A stretch of DNA of 64,000 nt from Myxococcales bacterium (GTDB lineage: Bacteria > Myxococcota_A > Polyangia > Polyangiales > JADJMO01): NCBI GenBank assembly GCA_016794445.1, contig JAEUKC010000313.1, positions 272-64,271 on the forward strand. Reading direction: 5' to 3'. Numbering within the stretch: the stretch's first letter is position 1; each line of letters opens with the position of its first letter. The notes beneath the pieces are model-generated. The model saw only the letters and a program-made list of their open reading frames with translations. It ran no database searches and was not told the origin of the DNA. Below are positions 49,290-55,628 of this stretch, in pieces. The position numbers and the translations under genes are program-made.

Positions 49290-49964
49290 GTGCGCCACTC
49301 GTCTCTCGTGACGGCTCTCGTCGGTCTGGTCGCCGTCTTCTCGTACCTCGGGGTGGGCGGGTGTCACCCGGGTGCCGACGGCAAGCCGCCCGTCACCCCC
49401 GCCCCGAGCGCGAGCACCTCGACGAAGGCCGCGGTCCCGGTCGAGGTCTCCACCTGTGCGCGCGCGTGCAGCGTCGAGACCAGGTGCGGGGGGGACCTCG
49501 CGGTGTGCAAGCAGCGGTGTCTGCCGATGGCCCGCGTGCTCCTCGACGACGTCCTCGCCACCATGGTCGCCTGCGTCGAGAAGAGCGCGCCCCCGGTCTG
49601 CGACGACAAGGACCCGGCCGCGCGCAAGCCGTTGATCGGCAAGTGCGTGCTCGACGCCACGGCCGAGAAGGCCGCCAAGGACGCCGAGAACGTCGAGCTG
49701 TTCGCCAAGGCCTACTGCGATCGCACGCAGGCCTGCGGTGTGGTCGGGCCGTTCAGCGCGGGCAAGTGCCTGGGCGAGGCCAAGGGGAAGATCCGCGACA
49801 CGGAGGAGTCGGGGTATCTGTACGGCTCGCTGCGTCCGGGCAAGGTGGACGAGGTGGTGCGCTGCCTCGGGGCCGTCGCCTGTGACCTGCGCAAGCCCAC
49901 GGCTGACGCCGACATGCAGCGATGCATCGACGACCTCATGGCCAAGGCAGCGGAGGCGCCCTGA
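49290..49964 (+). CDS. Cys-rich lipoprotein
   Basis: GTG 49290 in the frame of track ORF 49182..49964. Lipobox GVGGC. Cys pattern CARACSVETRCGGDLAVCKQRC. Confidence 0.7.
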   Translation: MRHSSLVTALVGLVAVFSYLGVGGCHPGADGKPPVTPAPSASTSTKAAVPVEVSTCARACSVETRCGGDLAVCKQRCLPMARVLLDDVLATMVACVEKSAPPVCDDKDPAARKPLIGKCVLDATAEKAAKDAENVELFAKAYCDRTQACGVVGPFSAGKCLGEAKGKIRDTEESGYLYGSLRPGKVDEVVRCLGAVACDLRKPTADADMQRCIDDLMAKAAEAP

Positions 49965-50521
49965 GCCACGCGCTCCACAGGCTGGTCTGGACCGTCGGGC
50001 TGCTCGCGTCGTGCGCAGGGTCGACGGTCGGGACGAAGCCGGTGTCGCCTCCGACCGACACCGACGCGTGTCCGCGCCTGTGCTCGGCGCTCGAACGCTG
50101 CGGCACGCCACCGGCCGACTGCGTCCTCTCGTGCGGCAAGGAGCGCGAAGGCCTGCGCCCCGAAGTGCACGGCGGTTACGTCTCCTGCGTGGAGACCGAG
50201 CTCGCGATGTGCGCGAGCATGGACGGTCCGACCAAGCGGCAGCGGGTGACGCTGTGCTTTGCGGCAGCCGTGGACGTCGTGCACGGGGCGGTCGGGGATG
50301 GTCCTCTGCGCACCCTGGCCACCGCCCTCTGCTCGCGCGAGGCGCGCTGTCACGGAGGGAGCGAAGCGGTGACCGACACCTGCGTGGACGAGGTGGTGGC
50401 TTCGCGGAAGGCGTCTGCACGCCTGCTCTCGGCGGTGCGACCCGCGCGCATCGCCGCGATGAGCGCCTGCGTCGACAAGCGCCCGTGCGACGACGACGAT
50501 CCGGTCGCCCACTGTCCGTGA
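49922..50521 (+). CDS. Cys-rich lipoprotein, paralog of the preceding gene
   Basis: Track ORF. Lipobox LLASC. Same Cys spacing CPRLCSALERCGTPPADCVLSC. The only in-frame start gives a 43-nt overlap with the upstream gene. Confidence 0.65.
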   Translation: MHRRPHGQGSGGALSHALHRLVWTVGLLASCAGSTVGTKPVSPPTDTDACPRLCSALERCGTPPADCVLSCGKEREGLRPEVHGGYVSCVETELAMCASMDGPTKRQRVTLCFAAAVDVVHGAVGDGPLRTLATALCSREARCHGGSEAVTDTCVDEVVASRKASARLLSAVRPARIAAMSACVDKRPCDDDDPVAHCP

Positions 50522-50625
50522 CGTTGTCCCTCGCTCGACGCGTCCACTGCCCGCGCACTCGGACCTACAAGGTCGCTCAGCCGTGCATCCCCTGCAACGG
50601 ATGAGGTCGCTCCAGTCCTGCGTGG

Positions 50626-50874
50626 TCAGTCGTCTTTCGGGGTCCGCGCGCGCTGCGCGGCCAGCCCACCCTTGCGGCCCGCCGTGCGAGCCTCTTCGGG
50701 CGAGAACTCGTGGGCGGTGCCCTTGGCGTGGGCAGCCTTGCCACCGAGGCTCGCGATCTCCTTCTGCTTCTCGGGGCTCATCGCGGCGAAGCCACGGCGT
50801 TGCTTCTTGCGAACGACCGGGGTCTCGGTGGTGATTTCGCTCCCGCTGACTTCTTCGGTTCGGTTCGATTTCAT
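50626..50874 (-). CDS. KGG-repeat general stress protein
   Basis: ATG 50874 in track ORF 50626..50916 (GC3 is low upstream of it). RGFAAMSPEKQKEIASLGGKAAHAKGTAHEFSPEEARTAGRKGG matches the stress-induced KGG repeat family. Confidence 0.8.
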   Translation of the reverse strand: MKSNRTEEVSGSEITTETPVVRKKQRRGFAAMSPEKQKEIASLGGKAAHAKGTAHEFSPEEARTAGRKGGLAAQRARTPKDD

Positions 50875-50923
50875 GGGGATATGGGTCCGATGCCACACCC
50901 ACCGAAGAGGACTCATACGTCAC

Positions 50924-50936
50924 GAAAATGATTTTC
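50924..50936. promoter_or_regulatory. AT-rich perfect palindrome GAAAAT-G-ATTTTC upstream of the KGG gene, overlapping the recJ stop
   Basis: Read directly from the sequence. Stands out in a very GC-rich genome. Sits about 50 nt upstream of ATG 50874 on the minus strand. Confidence 0.3.
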
Positions 50937-52578
50937 AGGCGCCTCGCCGGGCCGCGTGGAGCACCCTCAACTCTACGGCAGAGCCGCCTCGGTAGGCGTC
51001 ACGACGGAGGCTACCGATGAGGTCGACGTGGTCGCCGACGCCGATCCCGAGGTGGGCGAGGCCGTAGCCGAAGGCGTCGACGAGGCGCCCCCCGTGATCG
51101 ACCACGAGCCGCAGGTGCTCGGCCTTCATGATGCGCGCAGAGACGACCCGCGCATCGGCGACGCGCAGCCGCACATAGGGCTGCCCTTCTCCGGTCGGCT
51201 CGAACAACGACAGGTCACGCACCACGCGCGACAGGTCGTCGACCGGGTCGAGCTCGGCGTCGACCCGCGGCGCCGCGCCCCGCATCGCGCGCGGCAGGTG
51301 GGCGTGCGCGGCGGCGAACGCCTCCCGCAGGGCGTCGAGGCGATCGCGACGCAGGTGCACGCCCGCGGCGGCCTGGTGGCCGCCGAACCCGAGCATCGTC
51401 TCCTTGCTGGCGACCAGCCCGTCGTAGAGCCGCGCCCCCTTGGGCCCGCGCGCCGAGCCTCGCCCCTCGTCGCCCTCGAAGGCGATCACGATCGCGGGCA
51501 CCTGGAAGCGATCGACGAGTCGCGCCGCGACGATGCCGACCACACCCACGTTCCAGCCCTCACCGCCGACGACGATCGCCGGCGACTCGCCTTGCTCCGT
51601 CCGCTCCACCTCGGCGAGCGCCTGCTCGAGGACGTCGCGCTCGACCGTGCGACGGAGCTTGGTGACCTCCTCGACCTGCGCGGCCAGGACCCGCGCCGCG
51701 CTCACGTCGGTCGAGAGCAGGAGCTGCAACGAGAGATCGGGGGCGCCGAGGCGCCCGGGGGCGTTGATGCGTGGCGCGAGCTTGAAGGCCACGTCCTCGC
51801 CACCGACCGACGCACCGGCGCGCAGGCCGGCCGCCTCCACGAGCGCCTCGACGCCGGGGCGCGGCGCGGTCTCGATGCGGCGCAGCCCCGCGCGGACGAG
51901 CGCGCGGTTGTCGCCCTCGAGCGGCGCCACGTCGGCGACGGTGCCGAGCGCCACGAGGTCGAGCAGCGGGCGCAGATCGAGCGCCGCACCGAGCGCCGCG
52001 CGCAGACCCGCCGCGACGCTGAGCGCGAGGCCCACCGAGGCGAGGTGCTTGAACGGGAACCCGCACTCGGGGCGGTGCGGGTTGAGGAACGCGCGCACCG
52101 GCAGCCCGCCCTCCGGCACGAGGTGGTGGTCGATGACGATCGCGTCGATGGAGGCCTCGCGCAGGGCGGCGAGGCGGGGCGCGTCGCTCGAGCCGCAGTC
52201 GCACGTGACGAGCAGCGCGGGTCCCCGCGCCTTCACGCGCTCGAGCGCGCGCGCCGAAAACCCGTAGCCGCCGTCGTAGCGCGAAGCGAGCACGGTGAGG
52301 GGCGGGGCGCCGAGGGCCGTGAGCGCGCTCGCGAGCACCGCCGTCGCCGTGATGCCGTCGACGTCGTAGTCGCCGAACACCACCACGCGCTCGCCCTTGC
52401 GGACGGCGTGGGCCAGCCGGTCGACGGCCGCCTCGCGGTCGACCATGGCGTGCGGCGGCGTGAGATCGGCGAGCTTCGGGTCGAGGAACGCGCGGGTGGC
52501 GATCGGGTCGGTGTGCCCCCGCGCCTCGAGGACCGCGGTCGCCGTGCGGGTGAGCCCCAGCGGGGCGAGCGTGCTCAC
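50935..52578 (-). CDS. recJ: single-stranded-DNA-specific exonuclease RecJ
   Basis: C-terminal 547 aa of track ORF 50935..53013. GTG 52578 overlaps the upstream stop (GTGA). DHH motifs VFGDYDVDGITA, DCGS, VIDHH and DHHA1 GGHQAAAG. Confidence 0.92.
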   Translation of the reverse strand: MSTLAPLGLTRTATAVLEARGHTDPIATRAFLDPKLADLTPPHAMVDREAAVDRLAHAVRKGERVVVFGDYDVDGITATAVLASALTALGAPPLTVLASRYDGGYGFSARALERVKARGPALLVTCDCGSSDAPRLAALREASIDAIVIDHHLVPEGGLPVRAFLNPHRPECGFPFKHLASVGLALSVAAGLRAALGAALDLRPLLDLVALGTVADVAPLEGDNRALVRAGLRRIETAPRPGVEALVEAAGLRAGASVGGEDVAFKLAPRINAPGRLGAPDLSLQLLLSTDVSAARVLAAQVEEVTKLRRTVERDVLEQALAEVERTEQGESPAIVVGGEGWNVGVVGIVAARLVDRFQVPAIVIAFEGDEGRGSARGPKGARLYDGLVASKETMLGFGGHQAAAGVHLRRDRLDALREAFAAAHAHLPRAMRGAAPRVDAELDPVDDLSRVVRDLSLFEPTGEGQPYVRLRVADARVVSARIMKAEHLRLVVDHGGRLVDAFGYGLAHLGIGVGDHVDLIGSLRRDAYRGGSAVELRVLHAARRGA

Positions 52579-54167
52579 CGCTCGAGCGCGTCGAGGAACG
52601 GGTTCGCGTAGCCCTCGGCCTTCGCGGCGATCCCGGCGAAGCCCTTGCCACCCTCGCGGGTGCGCTTGACGTCGGCGAAGGCGCCCTCGGAGATCGCCGT
52701 CCAGATGCCCTTGTTCGCCACGTCGGTGAGCATGGCGAGCGTCTCGTCGAGCACCTGGACCGCCCGCTGCTCCACGATGCCACCCGCCTTCCACTCGATC
52801 TCGTCGCCGAGGCTCTTGGCGGTGCCGAACACGTACCGCGTGGCCTTGAGCGACAGGTAGCGGTCCATGAGCAGCGGGTTGTGGATGGCCTCGGAGAACA
52901 TGCCGAGGAGCTCGATGCTCTGGTGGGTCATCACGCCCGCCAGGTTGAACATTGCGTCGTGCACGTGGGCCTGGAGGATGTCGCCGGTCTTGAACTTGGT
53001 CGGCGGCATCCACTTGATCGGGTGGCGCGGGAACACCTGACGGACGAGCTGCGCCTGGGCGACCTCGAAGAGGAACGCGTCGGGGCGGCTAGGGTCGATC
53101 TCGTAGGCGTGGCCGAGGCCGAGGAGCTCGTCGGGGAGCCCCGCGCGGTGGGCGAAGGCCTCGTTGACGAACTGCGAGGCGAGCACGGTGTGCGCGCGCT
53201 CGACCGCGTCGGCGGTGGTGAGGTAGTTGTCCTCGCCCGTGTTGATGACGATCCCGGCGCGGCCGATGATCCGGCGCGACACGTACTGGTCCACGAACGT
53301 GCGGCACATGTTGATGTCGCGGAACAGGATCCCGTACATCGCGTCGTTGAGCAGCATGTCGAGCCGCTCGACCGCCGCCATCCAGGCGATCTCGGCCATG
53401 CAGAGGCCGCTCGAGTAGTTGGTCTGCCGGACGTAGCGGTCCTGGCGCACGGTGGCCTCGTCGAGCGCGCGCCGGATGATGGCGAAGTTCTCCTGGGTCG
53501 CGAACGTGCCGCCGAACCCCTCGGTCGTGGCGCCCTCGGGGACGTAGTCGAGGAGCGACTGCGCGGTCGCGCGGATGACCGCGACGATGTCGGCGCCGGC
53601 GTGGGCGGCGCCCTTGGCCTGCACCGCGTCGTCGTAGATGTTGCCGGTCGCGACGATCACGTACTTGAGGGGAGTGCCCGGCTGCGCCGTCGCCGGGTAG
53701 GCCGCGCGCAGGGTCTCCTTCTTGTGCCGGGCCTGGTCGATGCGCGCGAGGGCGGCCGCGACCGGCTCCGCGAGGACGGCGAGGGCCGCGGCGTGGTCGG
53801 CGGCGGAGAGCGGCGGGCACGGGGATTTCGGCCCGTGGCCCTTCGGGAGCAGGTGCTCGAGCTCGGGCCCGAACGCGATGCGCTCGGCGGCGTCCTGCAG
53901 GTCGCCGCCGTGGCGGGTCACCGAGAGCCCGAGGACGGCGCACGCGCCGAGGCCGAGCGCGCCGGCCGCGTGCAGCTTGTCGACGAACAGGTTTACCAGC
54001 GGGACCCCCTGATCGTCGACCCCCGTGACGCCCAGCGCGCGCAGGGTGACGCGCTCCACGCCGACCGTGGTGTGACGGTCGACGTACCCCTGCACGTCGT
54101 CGGCGATCTGCTGTGCGAGGGCCCGACACTGGGCCACCTTCGCCTCGTCCATCGGGACCCTGGCCAT
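52575..54167 (-). CDS. kamD: D-lysine 5,6-aminomutase alpha subunit-like protein (no beta subunit nearby)
   Basis: Track ORF, 530 aa. Family-typical segments HTTVGVERVTLRALG, EGFGGTFATQENF, NTGEDNYLTTADA, MPPTKFKTGD (recognised from memory of KamD / PF09043). Confidence 0.8.
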   Translation of the reverse strand: MARVPMDEAKVAQCRALAQQIADDVQGYVDRHTTVGVERVTLRALGVTGVDDQGVPLVNLFVDKLHAAGALGLGACAVLGLSVTRHGGDLQDAAERIAFGPELEHLLPKGHGPKSPCPPLSAADHAAALAVLAEPVAAALARIDQARHKKETLRAAYPATAQPGTPLKYVIVATGNIYDDAVQAKGAAHAGADIVAVIRATAQSLLDYVPEGATTEGFGGTFATQENFAIIRRALDEATVRQDRYVRQTNYSSGLCMAEIAWMAAVERLDMLLNDAMYGILFRDINMCRTFVDQYVSRRIIGRAGIVINTGEDNYLTTADAVERAHTVLASQFVNEAFAHRAGLPDELLGLGHAYEIDPSRPDAFLFEVAQAQLVRQVFPRHPIKWMPPTKFKTGDILQAHVHDAMFNLAGVMTHQSIELLGMFSEAIHNPLLMDRYLSLKATRYVFGTAKSLGDEIEWKAGGIVEQRAVQVLDETLAMLTDVANKGIWTAISEGAFADVKRTREGGKGFAGIAAKAEGYANPFLDALER

Positions 54168-54318
54168 GGGAGCGCGAGTAACGTGTCGCCGCGCGGCCGC
54201 AAAGCTTATTGGGTGAGTCGCCCGAGGAAGGACGCCGACGAGACGTGGTTCCCGCGTGAACGCGCACCTCGTGCAGCGTCACGCGAGTGTCGATGCGCGG
54301 GAAGCAGGCGATATCGAC

Positions 54319-54334
54319 TGGCACATGAACTGCT
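54319..54334 (+). promoter_or_regulatory. candidate sigma-54 promoter TGGCAC-N5-CTGCT
   Basis: GG (54320-54321) and GC (54332-54333) have the canonical 12-nt register of the -24/-12 elements. Located about 35 nt upstream of ATG 54369. Confidence 0.4.
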
Positions 54335-54368
54335 CGTTCCCTCGATCGTCCTTCGAAAGGAGGGTCCC

Positions 54369-54698
54369 ATGGCACACACGCCGAGGGTTCGAGAGGCGCT
54401 CGCCCTCTTGCTCACCATCCCCGCGCTGACGTTCTGCGGAGCGGCCGAGACGGTCGACGCACCGAACGCAGACACCGTCCGGGAGCCGGCCCCCGTCGCG
54501 GTGACGGTCGCCGAGCCCGCGCCGCCGGCGTTCTTCGTCGTGGCGCCCGACGCCGGTCCGACGACCGTCCCGCAGCATCCGGCGGTCGTGGTCCCGGCCG
54601 ACCCGGCCAAGCACCCAGGGCCGTTGCCGCCGCCCTGTCCGAATTGCCCCGATCCGCGCGGCCTCCCGACCGAGCCGCCCGTCGAAGTTCCGCGTTAG
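54369..54698 (+). CDS. small Pro-rich secreted/lipoprotein-like protein
   Basis: ATG 54369 preceded by a strong SD AAGGAGGG (54357-54364), in the frame of track ORF 52881..54698. Signal-like ALALLLTIPALTFCG. High GC3. Confidence 0.6.
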   Translation: MAHTPRVREALALLLTIPALTFCGAAETVDAPNADTVREPAPVAVTVAEPAPPAFFVVAPDAGPTTVPQHPAVVVPADPAKHPGPLPPPCPNCPDPRGLPTEPPVEVPR

Positions 54699-54734
54699 CG
54701 GCCCTCCACCGTTGGGCTACCCTGGCGCACCCGC

Positions 54735-55589
54735 GTGACCCCTCGCATCCTCCCCGCGCTCGAGCGCCTCGGTCGTCTGACCCTCAACCGGCGCGGCCAC
54801 GTCAGTCGCTTCGTGTCGACCCCCGTCGGCCGCGTGCACGTGTACGACGCCTGGGGTCACGGGCAGCTGCCGGCGGTCATCTTCATCCACGGCATCGGCA
54901 CGGCGGCCCCGCCGTTCGCGCCGGTGCTCGCGCGGCTCCGGCACCACGTGCGCCGCGTCGTCGCGCTCGAGCTCCCCGGCCACGGCGCGAGCGACCAGCC
55001 GTCTCGGCAGCTCACGCCCGAGGTGCTCTTCGAGGCCACTGGCACCGCGCTCGACCACCTCATCGAGCAGCCCTCGGTGCTCGTCGGCAACTCGCTCGGT
55101 GGCGCCGTCGCGATGCACTACGCGATGGAGCGCCCCGAGAACGTGCGCGGCCTGTTCCTCGTGTCGCCCGCGGGCGCGCGCATCGAGGAGCACGAGCTCG
55201 AGACCTTGGTCCGCAACTTCGACATCCGCACCAGCGACGACGCGCGCGCGTTCGCCGGTCGCATCTACCATCGCGAGCCGTGGTTCCTCCGCCTCGTGGT
55301 CCACGAGCTCGGACCACTCCTCACCCGCAAGGTGGTGCGCGAGCTCCTCGAGGGCGCGCGCGCCGATCACGCGGCCGACGAGGCGAAGCTCGGATCGCTG
55401 CCCATGCCGGTGACCCTCGTGTGGGGCAAGTCGGAGCGGCTGCTCCCGCCGAGCGCGCTCGCGTGGTTCCGCAAGTACCTGCCGCCGCACGCCAAGATCC
55501 TGGAGCCCGAGGGCTTCAGCCACTCGCCGCACCTCGAGCACCCGCGCGCGGTGTCGGAGCACATCCTACGATTCCTCCGCGAGCTGTGA
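54735..55589 (+). CDS. alpha/beta-fold hydrolase
   Basis: Track ORF. HGIG oxyanion region and nucleophile elbow GNSLGG. Confidence 0.85.
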   Translation: MTPRILPALERLGRLTLNRRGHVSRFVSTPVGRVHVYDAWGHGQLPAVIFIHGIGTAAPPFAPVLARLRHHVRRVVALELPGHGASDQPSRQLTPEVLFEATGTALDHLIEQPSVLVGNSLGGAVAMHYAMERPENVRGLFLVSPAGARIEEHELETLVRNFDIRTSDDARAFAGRIYHREPWFLRLVVHELGPLLTRKVVRELLEGARADHAADEAKLGSLPMPVTLVWGKSERLLPPSALAWFRKYLPPHAKILEPEGFSHSPHLEHPRAVSEHILRFLREL

Positions 55590-55628
55590 GCTTGCGGCGA
55601 GCGGAGCGCCAGCGAAGACTGCGCGTCG

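Noticed and set aside
50875-50916. Upstream ATG 50916 as the start of the KGG stress gene
   Set aside because: GC3 is low in the first 14 codons, and the family's typical N-terminus fits ATG 50874 better.
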